From an uncultured delta proteobacterium (lineage in GTDB: Bacteria > Desulfobacterota > Binatia > UBA9968), in NCBI GenBank assembly GCA_963816145.1, contig CAWFJP010000024.1:32001-96000 (forward strand): a DNA stretch of 64,000 bases, in the 5' to 3' direction. This document shows positions 54,357 to 64,000 of this stretch, piece by piece. The position numbers and the translations under genes were made by a program. The notes beneath the pieces were generated by a model. It ran no database searches. It saw only the letters and a list, made by a program, of their open reading frames with translations, and was not told the DNA's origin. The first letter of the stretch is position 1, and the number at the start of each line of letters is the position of its first letter.

Positions 54357-54764
54357 TCACAGCAGAACGATGTCCCCGATTATCGTGACCAAAAGTATCG
54401 CCCCAAGCAAGAAAATCACGCCGGCCATCTGAAAATTCGGGTTGCTAAAGACGCTCTCTTTCCGGCCCAATCTCTTCAAGGTCCGGTAATATTGAATCAT
54501 CATGACAAACAAGGGGACGGTTCCCGCCACCAGCATGAAGAGCGCGACATTCCTTGGCGTCTCAGGCCGAATTAGTTTCGTGGAAGTATGCTCAAGCACG
54601 TAGCGGAGCACATTGAATATCGTGAAACCGAAGCCGATAAACGACAACGATGTGCGCACGCCGGCAAGCATGGTCCGGTCCGCCGCTAAAACCGTTCGTT
54701 CAACCGCAAGCTTGTCGCTCAGGTGAAGGTCTTCGGGCTTAATTCCGTTCTCTTCCATTGCCAA
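54357..54764 (-). CDS. DUF202/YidH family membrane protein
   Basis: LAADRTMLAGVRTSLSFIGFGF. Confidence 0.88.
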   Translation of the reverse strand: MAMEENGIKPEDLHLSDKLAVERTVLAADRTMLAGVRTSLSFIGFGFTIFNVLRYVLEHTSTKLIRPETPRNVALFMLVAGTVPLFVMMIQYYRTLKRLGRKESVFSNPNFQMAGVIFLLGAILLVTIIGDIVLL

Positions 54765-54842
54765 TCCCGATGGTGGTGAGCGACTGACTGATTTGGTTTG
54801 TATCCATGTTTAATTTCAAATTGTTAAAAGTTTTACTGGCTT

Positions 54843-56747
54843 TCACTTGTTTACGTTCGAAAGATTACTCTCATTGAGCGCAGCCAATCCCTTTGCGTGC
54901 TCGCGCAAAATTCGTTTGACCTCGAGGATCGTTTCGGGATTCCCCTGGACCGAGTGTCCGGATCGAATAATCTTTTCCGACTCGACGCCGTCGATATGCG
55001 CGCTCATATATTTCACCACCCCGTCGCCCGCTTCATCGAGCGGCGCGTCGCTGTTCACGGCGATGATCGAGTTCGCTGTGACGCCATCGGCGATCGGGAT
55101 GGCGATTAAATTTTTGATAAAGGTATTGTTCGGGTTCATGTTATCGATACTGGTCGGGATACCGGACACCGAGCCGAGAAATACTCCCTCTTTTTGAAGA
55201 GTCAGCAGGTCGACGCTCAGTTTGGTAAGCCGGCCCGGAAGATTTACCAGCCACGAACCTATAGCGCCGAGAATTCCCAGCGCCTGATAACTGCCTCGAT
55301 GCGGCGTGGCGACAAAGACGACACGCTTGACGAACGGCAGCGGTTTGAGAATCAACCCGCGGGTCAACGTCTCCCGAGTTTCGGCTCTGACATCGAGTTC
55401 ATCGGGAGAAACGCTGAAAGGCCAAAGACCCATGCCGCTGTCGATGGCGGTCATCTTGGTCAGCAACCCACCTTGGCTATGACCCATGACAATCATCTGT
55501 TTCAGGCCAGGATCTTTTCCCTCTGGATCAATATCCGCTATGGTTTGAATTAGGGCGTCGCGCAAAAGCATCGCCGAGTAGGCGATCGGGTTCCCCGTGT
55601 TGTAAACAAAAAACCAGAGATCGAATCTGTTGAAGAGCTGAGGATCATTGCCTACTTCGTTCACCAACTCCGCCCACCGCGCGGGGCTGGAGGCGGTTCC
55701 ATGCACGAGCACCACCGGAATATGGCCGTAACGGTGGGGACCAAACATGAAAAGGCCGTCTCCCGATCGTGTTAAGCTAAAATCGCCGGAGCGAAATCCG
55801 GCGAATTCAAAATCCCAGACGGGCGAACCTTCCAGCGTATCGGCCAGGGCGGATGATATTTCGTATTCAATGGGCACGTCAACGTTGTTAACCTTTACCG
55901 TCCTTGCGGAGTCGGGATTGTAGAGCTCCAAGTGGCCGGTGAGTTTTCCCGATACGAGATCGCCGCGAGCATCGTCATAGCGGAGAAAAGCGGCAACCGG
56001 AATTTTCATTCTTACAGGGATGCGTTTGTATTGCGCGCTGGCCAACGATCCCACCGGTTCGAGTGCGGCCACCAGCGGCGCTCCGACGCCAGGCTCACGG
56101 TAACGATTACGCAGTCCGCGGACCTCCAGCTCTGCGGCGGAAACAAAGTCTTTAAGCCGGAATCCCGTCCACAGCAAATCTTGCTCGTCGAAGGTGACGG
56201 TCAATTCCCCGAACGGCAGAACAAACTGACCGCCTTTCAACACAACGTGCTCGCCGTCGTCTGCGGTCAACCCTCTGGCCAACCCCCGATTCAAAATGTC
56301 TACTGCCCAGCGGGTTCGCGGGTCAATGGCTCTGGGCGGCGTGCCATTCTTTCCCGGCAGGAGAAAGGCCGACGCATACGCCGTCGCGGCAAGGTAATAA
56401 GACCGGTCGCCGCTATTCTCCGCATAGAGAAATGAAAGCTCGGCAAGGGCGAAGACGCGCTCCTCATCGCCGGTGGGTGCCAAACCCTTATGCAACTTGG
56501 CGAGCGCTTCTTTGGGATCATTGTCGAACAGCTCGTAGAGGCCTAGATTGAGCAGTTGCCGGGAAGAAAAGGAACTGGGCTTGTCGGTGTTCAGCGCATT
56601 GGCGGTGAGATCATACTGGGCTGTGCGCGGATCCACTCGGGTTACGCCGATGGGCGTGACGCAACCGGAAGCGACGAGCGCAATGCAACTTGCCAGCAGC
56701 GCCCAGCATCTTAACCGCCGTAAAATTATCTTTGATCCTTCAGACAT
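54843..56747 (-). CDS. Alpha/beta hydrolase lipoprotein (esterase/lipase-like)
   Basis: VASGC lipobox, PVVLVHGTASS, GHSQGG nucleophile elbow, ATPHRGS, GDGVV, RSGHS. Confidence 0.88.
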   Translation of the reverse strand: MSEGSKIILRRLRCWALLASCIALVASGCVTPIGVTRVDPRTAQYDLTANALNTDKPSSFSSRQLLNLGLYELFDNDPKEALAKLHKGLAPTGDEERVFALAELSFLYAENSGDRSYYLAATAYASAFLLPGKNGTPPRAIDPRTRWAVDILNRGLARGLTADDGEHVVLKGGQFVLPFGELTVTFDEQDLLWTGFRLKDFVSAAELEVRGLRNRYREPGVGAPLVAALEPVGSLASAQYKRIPVRMKIPVAAFLRYDDARGDLVSGKLTGHLELYNPDSARTVKVNNVDVPIEYEISSALADTLEGSPVWDFEFAGFRSGDFSLTRSGDGLFMFGPHRYGHIPVVLVHGTASSPARWAELVNEVGNDPQLFNRFDLWFFVYNTGNPIAYSAMLLRDALIQTIADIDPEGKDPGLKQMIVMGHSQGGLLTKMTAIDSGMGLWPFSVSPDELDVRAETRETLTRGLILKPLPFVKRVVFVATPHRGSYQALGILGAIGSWLVNLPGRLTKLSVDLLTLQKEGVFLGSVSGIPTSIDNMNPNNTFIKNLIAIPIADGVTANSIIAVNSDAPLDEAGDGVVKYMSAHIDGVESEKIIRSGHSVQGNPETILEVKRILREHAKGLAALNESNLSNVNK

Positions 56748-57028
56748 TCGTGATTCTCCTATGTCGCTTCTCCGTTCATCGCCTCGGGCAAGGGATACGG
56801 CTCTCGGTTTTGCCGAGCCGGCTTCGTCGCAAGTCGCACTGACTTGGCAGGGTCCGAAACACGGTCATCGGCAATTATTTTAGTTTGCCTGTGGCTTTCA
56901 TGTTCTTGCAGGCGGTTTTGCTGGCTGCATCCGGTCGGTGTTCGATTGACCGCCGGGTTGCTTTTTATGGGTCATCGCGTAATCGAGTGGGCGCTGACTT
57001 AATGGCAAATTACTCTTCCATGGCCGGT

Positions 57029-57127
57029 TCCTCCCTTTCGCAAAGGGAGGTTAGGAGGGATTTTTCATGGCTTGAAAGATCGTCTTCTGGACAAAATCCC
57101 CCCAACCCCCCTTTTCTAAAGGGGGGT
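57029..57127. repeat. Paired CCCTTT-N-AAAGGG palindromic repeat
   Basis: CCTCCCTTTCGCAAAGGGAGGTTAGGAGGGATTT..AAATCCCCCCAACCCCCCTTTTCTAAAGGGGGG; uninterrupted relative of 53876-54258. Confidence 0.75.
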
Positions 57128-57232
57128 GAAACCTACAAGAACAGCATTTCTCAACAAATTTCACCCACTCGATTACGCGAAGAGCCCTTTTTATTTTGTC
57201 CGTACCCATCAGCCCGCTTGCGCGCTTCCCTT

Positions 57233-57529
57233 TCAGTGCGCGCGTAGGGATGCGACGAGACTCAGCAGATTTTCCGGCTGCACGTGAATAATGCCGCCGC
57301 GCGGGCTATCGATGTCCGCGATAGAGAAAGAACGAGATCGACACGAAAATCCGACGATGAGTGCGAGCAGCGTCAGCGTAGCGCCCAGGATGATGCCGAA
57401 GTCTTCACGCTTGTCTTCTTCCCACTTCAGCAGCCGCCGCAAAACGTTCGCCCCTATCGGCACCGAAAGCGATAAGACGACTAAAGAAATCACGAATACA
57501 AGCAGCGGATAGTCCGATACCTTGATCAT
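57233..57529 (-). pseudogene. Internally deleted DUF4239-like gene
   Basis: N-terminal GATLTLLALIVGFS joined almost directly to C-terminal IADIDSPRGGIIHVQPENL; only 98 aa. Confidence 0.65.
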
Positions 57530-57683
57530 TGGGTCCTCGCGAGTTGGTAATTCAGCGAATCCTATCAGCCCGCTTTGATCGCCCTAAGCTCCACGACGCG
57601 TTCATCGACCAGCCATGAACTCCCAGCGTGAGAGTGTCTGACGTTTCAAAAGGCAGCGCTATCACTTTTGGTTTTTACCGCGG

Positions 57684-57718
57684 ATCCCCCCGGCGGACTC
57701 CTTGTCCGCCCGGGGGAT
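57684..57718. terminator. Strong hairpin downstream of the arylsulfatase
   Basis: ATCCCCCCGGCGGAC-TCCTT-GTCCGCCCGGGGGAT; T-run only on the + side, so orientation is unclear. Confidence 0.4.
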
Positions 57719-57820
57719 TTTGCTCATTCTGCGAGCCTAAGCGAAGCAGCCATGAACGGATCGTGCAGTCAGTGCGCAGGACAGCTGACCGCGACTAAAT
57801 CCCTCGCGCGCCCGCCGGGG

Positions 57821-59350
57821 TCAGGAATGACCATGACTCGTCACCTGCGCCAGCACCGCATCCAGGTTGAACGAAGCGGGTTTCTGCCGCGGCGGGAACT
57901 TGGCGAAGTCCGCGATCTGCCCCGCTATCAGCGCCTGCATCTGGTACATCTGGGGCACGTGATCGACCATCCAGTCCAGGTAGGTATTCGAATTGACCTC
58001 GGCCCGCTCGAACGGGTCGCGGCGGAGGTTCATTATATACGGCAGCCGAAGCTTCACGAACGGCTCGGCCCACTGTCTCATCGTATTGGCGCGTTGTTCC
58101 GCCAAATGAAACTTATAGTCGCCGATCCGCACCGCGATGACTTCTCCGTCGTCGCTGAAGTACACGATGGCGTTTCTCGGGCTCTCCTTCACCGCGCCGG
58201 TCAGGTAAGGGATCTGGTTGTAGCCGTCGAGATGGACCTTGTAGGTCATGTCACCGACCTTGTAGCCGTTGAGGAGCTTCTGCGTGACGTCCGGATCGCC
58301 GGCGGCAGCCAGCAGCGTCGGCATCATGTCGATGTGCGAGACGATCCCGTTCAGGACCGATCCGGCTGGGATCTTGCCCGGCCAGCGCATAAAGCACGGC
58401 ACGCGCCAGCCGCCTTCCCAGTTGGAGTCCTTCTGGCCGCGGAACGGGGTGTTGGCGCCGTCCGGCCAGGTGTCGTTCTCCGGACCGTTGTCGGTGGAGT
58501 ACATGACGATGGTGTTGTCGGCGATGCCCAGCTCGTCGAGCTTGTCGAGCATCTGGCCGATCTGTTCGTCGTGCACGACCATCCGATCGCTGTAGGGATC
58601 CTGCCCGCTCTTGCCGAGATTCTTCGCGGCGACGTGGGTGCGAAAGTGCATGGCCGTCGAGTTGTACCAGAGGAAGAACGGCTTGTCGGCTTTGGCTTGT
58701 TTCTCCATCCAAGCGATCGCGGCGTCAGTGATCTCTTCGTCGACGGTTTCCATGCGCTTCTTGGTCAGGGGACCGGTGTCCTGGACCTTCTGCTTGCCCA
58801 CCCGGCCCCAGCGCGGTTCTTCAGTCGGGTCGTCTGTGTCCGTCGCCCACGAGTGGAGCACGCCGCGCGGCCCGAACTTCTTTTTGAATTCCGGATCCTT
58901 GGGATAGTCGGGCAATTCCGGTTCTTCCTCGGCGTTCAGGTGATAGAGATTGCCGAAGAACTCGTCGAAGCCATGCACGGTCGGCAGGAATTCGTTGCGG
59001 TCGCCCAGATGGTTCTTACCGAACTGGCCGGTGACGTAGCCGAGCGGCTTGAGCATTTCAGCGATGGTCGGGTCTTCCTTCTGCAGGCCGACGGTGGCAC
59101 CGGGCATGCCGACCTTGGTCAGGCCCGTGCGGATCGGGTTTTGCCCGGTGATGAAGCACGCCCGGCCGGCGGTGCAACTCTGTTGGGCGTAGTAGTCGGT
59201 GAAGGTGACCCCTTCCTTCGCCACGCGGTCGATGTTAGGGGTCTGGTAACCCATCATGCCGCGGCTGAAGTGGCTGACGTTCCATATGCCGATGTCATCG
59301 CCCCAGAGGATAAGAATGTTGGGCTTTTTGTCAGCTTTTGCTTGTGCCAT
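57821..59350 (-). CDS. Cys-type arylsulfatase
   Basis: PNILILWGDDIG, QQSCTAGRACF (CxAxR), GQFGKNHLG, STDNG, WEGGWRVP. Confidence 0.95.
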   Translation of the reverse strand: MAQAKADKKPNILILWGDDIGIWNVSHFSRGMMGYQTPNIDRVAKEGVTFTDYYAQQSCTAGRACFITGQNPIRTGLTKVGMPGATVGLQKEDPTIAEMLKPLGYVTGQFGKNHLGDRNEFLPTVHGFDEFFGNLYHLNAEEEPELPDYPKDPEFKKKFGPRGVLHSWATDTDDPTEEPRWGRVGKQKVQDTGPLTKKRMETVDEEITDAAIAWMEKQAKADKPFFLWYNSTAMHFRTHVAAKNLGKSGQDPYSDRMVVHDEQIGQMLDKLDELGIADNTIVMYSTDNGPENDTWPDGANTPFRGQKDSNWEGGWRVPCFMRWPGKIPAGSVLNGIVSHIDMMPTLLAAAGDPDVTQKLLNGYKVGDMTYKVHLDGYNQIPYLTGAVKESPRNAIVYFSDDGEVIAVRIGDYKFHLAEQRANTMRQWAEPFVKLRLPYIMNLRRDPFERAEVNSNTYLDWMVDHVPQMYQMQALIAGQIADFAKFPPRQKPASFNLDAVLAQVTSHGHS

Positions 59351-59453
59351 TTGTTAGCTCCTTTCTGTTTCCTAAACCGTTGGTATTTAAAGTCATCAAA
59401 ACCGTCGCCACTTAACAGTAGACAACCGAGGCAACAATGGTTTTCATATGAAT

Positions 59454-60125
59454 TCTCCGTTAACTCTGACCGCTCCTGCTAAATTGCCCGCTCTCCTCTC
59501 GACACTTGAAAATAAAAACTCGCTTCCAATCCTTTTTCATATCCACTACCGGACAGTTGCGCGTATCTCCGTTATCTCCGTTTCCTCCTGTAAAAAATCC
59601 GAAGCGAGACGAGGGACGTGGGGTCGGGTGTCTAGGGAGGGGAAATTCTCTCGCCACTCGACACTTCTCACCTCGACACTCGTGCGTCACTCGTCTCTTT
59701 CTAACAGAAGCTAACAGAGGAAACAGAGTTTTCTTCAAAACAGTGAATTCGATCCATCCCGTTTGGAGCATTGTATTTGTTTTTCATCATTTTGAATTTG
59801 TTTCGAGCTTCGTGCTTCGGATTTAGTGCTTTCAAAATTGCAAATTCTTTGGCTAGCTTTACACTCACGATCTTCGCGTTACTTCACCAATTCGAAATTG
59901 AACGGCCGTCGGGTCGTTTTCGAACCATGATATTTTTCAGGAGGCAACGGAGGGAACAGAGGTTTCCTGAAAAATACCTCCGTTAACTCTGTTTGCTCCT
60001 GTGAAGTACCGAGGGCCAAGTGTCGAGGGGAAGCTAACAGCAACATCAACTCACTTCATTCCTTGCTCTCTGTGCCCAGCATTTTCACTCGACACTCTTC
60101 CCTCGACACTTTTTTTCACTCGACA
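59454..60125. repeat. Mosaic repeat cluster 5
   Basis: ACAGGAG-family arms at about 59454, 59567 and 59703, a hairpin at 59938-60002, heptamer tracts, and a partial copy of the 15074 repeat at 59734-59832. Confidence 0.85.
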
Positions 60126-60139
60126 TCCATCAATCCCGG

Positions 60140-61336
60140 TCATGCCAGATCTTCCACAAGTCGTGGAATTTCCTGCCAGGGGACAGCAGTAATCTTCGCG
60201 GTGATCTTGAACTGCCGCGGCGTTCGACAAACAACCACCGCCGTTTTCGCTTTGGAATACTCGGACAGGAAAGTTTGCAGATGCCGCGTGTCTCGTTCGG
60301 TCGGCGCATCGCTCCACTTTACTTCCACCGGTAACCAGTGGTCATCTGTCACCACCACCCAATCCACTTCGGGTCCATCCGGATCCCGCCAAAACCGGAG
60401 CCCCGAGTTGTCTTTGGCCTGCCGGGTCGCGCGCAGCAGTTCCAGCCCAACAAACTGCTCAAAGATTGCGCCAAGCACGCGCACCGGCAGCCGGGGGCCT
60501 TCATCCGCGGCGGCTCGGCGCACGCCTAGGTCGAAGAACAAGTAACGAGGTGACTTAGTAAGCTTTTTCCTGGTGCGACTCTCGGACAACGCCTCAATCC
60601 GCTCGGCAATCAGGCAATCCTCTAGGATTTCGTAATAGCCCGCTACCGTGGTGTGGGGCACGCCGAGTTCCTGCGCGATGCCGCGAAAATGGCTGATTCC
60701 GCCAGCCTCGAGCGCAGCCAGTTGTAGAAACCGCGCGAACATACCTAAATTGCGCACCAGCGCCTCGGCGCGTACTTCCTCCTCTAGGTACAGCGTCGTA
60801 TAGGCGCGCAGATCCTCTTCCCGCGCCGCGGCGTCGCCGGCCAACGCGATACCCGGCAGGCTGCCATACAGCAACCCTTCTTCGAGCGTCGGCGGAACCC
60901 GCTCGGCGAGCGACAGGGGATCCAGCCGCAGTGGCACCAGGCGGCCCGGCAGCAAATTAACTCCGCCGCCGCGCCGCAGCTTGCGCGCCGACGAACCGGT
61001 CAGAATAAACCGCGCCACCTTCCTATCGATCAGATCTTGCACCACGTTCACCAGTTCGGGGACGCGCTGAACTTCGTCCAGCGCGACCAGCGCTCGGCCG
61101 CCGCGCCGGCGTTCGCCGAGCGCCTCCACTTCCGCGCCCAGCAGCTGCGGCGCGCGCTCGTAACGCTGGCGCACTTCCGGCCGAAGAAAGTTGAGTAGCA
61201 GATCCGGTTGGAGTGGCTGCAACAAGGTCGTCTTGCCGGTCTGGCGCGGGCCGAGCAGGAGCACGGACTTCTGCCGCTGCAACACTTGGCGAATGCGCGA
61301 CTCGATGATTCGAGGGAGGATTTCCATGCCCACCAT
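60140..61336 (-). CDS. AAA_14 ATPase with DUF4143 domain
   Basis: GPRQTGKTT, LDEVQRVP, FILTGSSARKL, YLFFDLG, FWRD..EVD..EVKW. Confidence 0.92.
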   Translation of the reverse strand: MVGMEILPRIIESRIRQVLQRQKSVLLLGPRQTGKTTLLQPLQPDLLLNFLRPEVRQRYERAPQLLGAEVEALGERRRGGRALVALDEVQRVPELVNVVQDLIDRKVARFILTGSSARKLRRGGGVNLLPGRLVPLRLDPLSLAERVPPTLEEGLLYGSLPGIALAGDAAAREEDLRAYTTLYLEEEVRAEALVRNLGMFARFLQLAALEAGGISHFRGIAQELGVPHTTVAGYYEILEDCLIAERIEALSESRTRKKLTKSPRYLFFDLGVRRAAADEGPRLPVRVLGAIFEQFVGLELLRATRQAKDNSGLRFWRDPDGPEVDWVVVTDDHWLPVEVKWSDAPTERDTRHLQTFLSEYSKAKTAVVVCRTPRQFKITAKITAVPWQEIPRLVEDLA

Positions 61337-61391
61337 ATTCGGCGAATTTGGAGCTTTGTCAATCCCGCCTGCAACCTGCCCGTTCAGAACG

Positions 61392-61527
61392 GAGGGTCGG
61401 GGATCGAGGGGAAAAGGACCGCAGTTTCCCTTCTCCGCTTTCCGCGCTGTGTCCCTTGCTTTTCACTCGACACTCTTCCTCGCCACTCGACACTTTCTGC
61501 CCCTCGCCACCCGACCCTCGTCCCTCA
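61392..61527. repeat. Heptamer (TCGAGGG/CACTCGA) repeat cluster 6
   Basis: GAGGGTCGGGGATCGAGGGGAA..TTTTCACTCGACACTCTTCC, in the same orientation as 60011-60123. Confidence 0.8.
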
Positions 61528-63439
61528 TCCCACTTTGATCGCCCGCACCTCCGCGGCGCGCTCATCGACCGGGATCACCGGCAATTCGCCCTTGTTCTTG
61601 ACCGGCAGCCTGCGCAGGTGATCCATGATCGCCTGCCACTCCTTGATTTCGCGGGTCGCGCCGTTGCCGCTCCCCGTGGCGATACTGTTTTTGTCCATCG
61701 TGCCGGGAGGTGCCAGCAAGTAACCCGAGTTGTCGTGCGGCGCATCGAGTGCCTCGACCCTCGATGTGAGGGTCTGACCCGTCTTGTTCTTGGCGACGAG
61801 AGTCAGCTTGCCTTTCGTGTACTTGGGAATGCCCACCAAGATCACGCCGAGCATCAACGGGCAGGTGAGGCTGTAGAGACGCGCGTCCTTCCCGGTGATG
61901 TCGATCGCGGCATAGCCGCGGTCGAGGTCACCGAGTTCGATGGCCGTCACGACGTCGAACATCGGGCGCGACTTGTCGTAGCGGAACCTCATGCCGGAGA
62001 CGCGCGGGAAATACTCGCCGGGGTGGGCCGGGTTGTCGACGAGAAAAAACTCGAGCAGATTCTTTAGCTCCAGGCCCGTGAAGTAGCCGGTCACCAGAGC
62101 GCTGCCGGCCGTCGTATCGACCACACCTGCGCCCAGCGGCGCCACCGCGAACACATCGTAAACCGTCAGCACACCCATCTTGCCGCGCATGAGTGGGGCG
62201 CGCATCATGCCGTTGGCGGTAAACCCAATGTCCGCCTTCGTGGCCATTTTTAGGGCGTCGGTAACGAGATTGGCGAGGATCGTGCCGGCCGCGATGTCGG
62301 TAAACGTGTTGGGCAGATCCTGGGGCGCAATCGCCAGCGGCTGATCGATGCTGTAACCGCGCGACGCGAACACGGCTGTGGTGACCGACTTCTTGAGTTT
62401 GTCGATCTCCTCGGCAATGACGCGGTCGCCGGCAATGCTGTCGTCGATCGGATAAAGTCGATAGGAGTCGATTTTCAGCTTGTCGCCATCCACGCTGATC
62501 ACCAGTTCGCCTAAATTCTTTCCTTCCAATCCGGTCTGGACCACCGGCGTACGGTCGTTGACCATGATTGGTTCTTTGAGCTCGGTGTGGCTGTGACCGC
62601 CGATCACCACGTCGATGCCTGGCACTGCCGTGGCAAGACGCACGTCGTCACCGTCGCTGTATCGTCCGTCTTTTCCTTTCTCGACGCCGCCGTGGCTGAG
62701 CGCAAATAACGACGTCGACCTTCTCCGTCTCGCGCAGAATCTTCACCATCTCCTTGGCGCTCTCGATGGCGTCGGAGAACGAATGCGCACCGCGACTGGT
62801 GTAGAAGATGGCCTCCTTGCCGATCACTCCGAAGACGCCGAAGCGAATGCCGCCGCGTTCGATCACGAGGTAGCGACGGATCACGCCGTCCTTGGACAAG
62901 CGCTGGAGATCCGCGAGCGTTGCGTCGTTCCCGCGACAGTTGGTATTCGCGACAAGCACCGCCGGAACCCGGCCCACTTTGGCGGCGACGGCGATTGCTT
63001 TGCCAAGACCGTCCGGCCCGAGGTCGAATTCATGGTTACCGAACGTGGTGGCGTCGTAACCCATCAGAGACATAATTCGCAGCTCGCCGCCGATCTCGCG
63101 GCTGGCGGCGGCGAACGCAGTCCCCATGCTGTAATCGCCCGCGTCGAGAATTAGGACGGGACCATCGCCGGCGCGCGCCTTCCTTCGCGTGGCGATCAGG
63201 CTCGCCAGTCGCGAGTACCCGCCCCGGGTCGCGTCGCTGTTGAGTGTGAACGGCGTGTAGTCCGAGGATGGACCCATGCCGATGAAGGCCGAATGCATGT
63301 CGTTGGTGTGCAAAATGGTAAAGGTCTTTTTCATCGTCTTCTCCTGTGCCGCTGCGGCCAGTGCTCTCGTGAGGATTGCCGCGCCGGTTGCCGCTGAGAC
63401 GGCAATGAACTTGCGACGTGAGAACGTTTTGCGTTTCAT
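61525..63439 (-). CDS. Bifunctional metallophosphatase/5'-nucleotidase with Tat signal (frameshifts near 62650-62700)
   Basis: SRRKFI twin-arginine signal, ILHTNDMH, LDAGD, GNHEFD, IDVVIGGHSHT. Confidence 0.9.
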
Positions 63440-63521
63440 GCGTACCTACGTCTTTTCTGTTCGCTGATGCCGGTTTTCGGGCGCAGTTTTTTGCACTCTT
63501 TGGCATTGTATAAAGCGGAAA

Positions 63522-63549
63522 GCCCGGCGGACCGATGGGTCCGCCGGGC
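63522..63549 (-). terminator. Probable intrinsic terminator of the second arylsulfatase
   Basis: Perfect 12-bp stem GCCCGGCGGACC-GATG-GGTCCGCCGGGC followed on the minus strand by TTTCCGCTTT. Confidence 0.55.
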
Positions 63550-63617
63550 AAGACGTTACGTTGAACTTGGCCGATCGCAATTCAATGCGATGCACGGTTT
63601 GGCACCGCCGAGTTTTT

Positions 63618-64000
63618 TCAACCCGGATGGGCGGCAGCTTTCAGTGCCTCCGCGTTCTTCTTGAGCTTCTCCATCATTGCTTCAGGAGTCCAGCTATCCG
63701 GACTCTGACGGGGCGGGAACTCCAACATGGTCTGCATGTACTGAGCGACAAGAGCGCCGGCCGGCAACAGCATGAAGACACGATCAGCACGCCACTTCCA
63801 GTAGTAAATGTCACCGGATACGTCGGCTTCCTCGAACGGGTCGGAGCGAAGATTGACGAGCAACGGAAACTTCAGCGTTGTCAGTTGTTCCTGCCAGGCA
63901 TCGACGCCTTCATGCTTTTGCACGGCGAAATGAACCTTCCAGTTGCCGTAACGCAGCGCCATCAAGTCGCCCTCGTCGCCCCAGTATAGGAAGCCCGGAC
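63618..64000 (-). CDS. Arylsulfatase, C-terminal part (runs off window end)
   Basis: FLYWGDEGDLMALRYGNWKVHF..NLRSDPFE..FPPRQ, paralogous to the C-terminus of 57821..59350. Confidence 0.88.
   Translation of the reverse strand, partial: PGFLYWGDEGDLMALRYGNWKVHFAVQKHEGVDAWQEQLTTLKFPLLVNLRSDPFEEADVSGDIYYWKWRADRVFMLLPAGALVAQYMQTMLEFPPRQSPDSWTPEAMMEKLKKNAEALKAAAHPG

Noticed and set aside
48530-61527. Integron cassette array (attC sites)
   Set aside because: No integron integrase, no RYYYAAC/GTTRRRY boxes seen on the hairpins, and most intervening genes form a coherent sulfatase cluster.
3080-63439. Mass pseudogenisation or programmed frameshifting in about 13 split genes
   Set aside because: Single-base indels affect unrelated genes that otherwise keep intact motifs. 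Uncorrected long-read assembly error is the simplest explanation; read polishing would decide.

Overview
GC-rich bacterial window whose genes lie almost all on the minus strand. From 1 to 40 kb is a transport, stress and energy cluster: GH63-like glucosidase, LOG protein, symporter-SBP fusion, phosphoketolase, NhaP, SulP, MgtC/DUF4010, SixA-CHAD-PPK2, a K+ channel, an RND pump, an OprD porin, aspT-aspD-aspT, an Orn/Lys/Arg decarboxylase and DUF3300/DUF2950. Five intergenic regions there share a 20-bp palindrome that looks like an operator. From 41 to 47 kb is a defence hotspot where an HTH-mod-res type III R-M cassette sits between the 5' stub of an older mod and the 3' stub of an older res. 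From 48 to 64 kb is a sulfatase cluster: two arylsulfatases, both maturases (anSME and FGE), a methyltransferase, a hydrolase and a 5'-nucleotidase. The most striking signal is non-coding. About 25 copies of a 9-nt-periodic 25-mer (ACAGGAGGCAACGGAGGAAACAGAG) form hairpins, mosaicked with TCGAGGG/CACTCGA heptamer tracts, in the intergenic spaces around a GxxExxY nuclease gene whose 3' end is itself duplicated with the repeat. This resembles a REP/BIME-RAYT-like selfish system built on a different enzyme. Several other palindromic repeat families and MITEs are nested inside one another. Many single-base frameshifts throughout most likely reflect assembly indels. All calls come from reading the sequence by eye; no searches were run.
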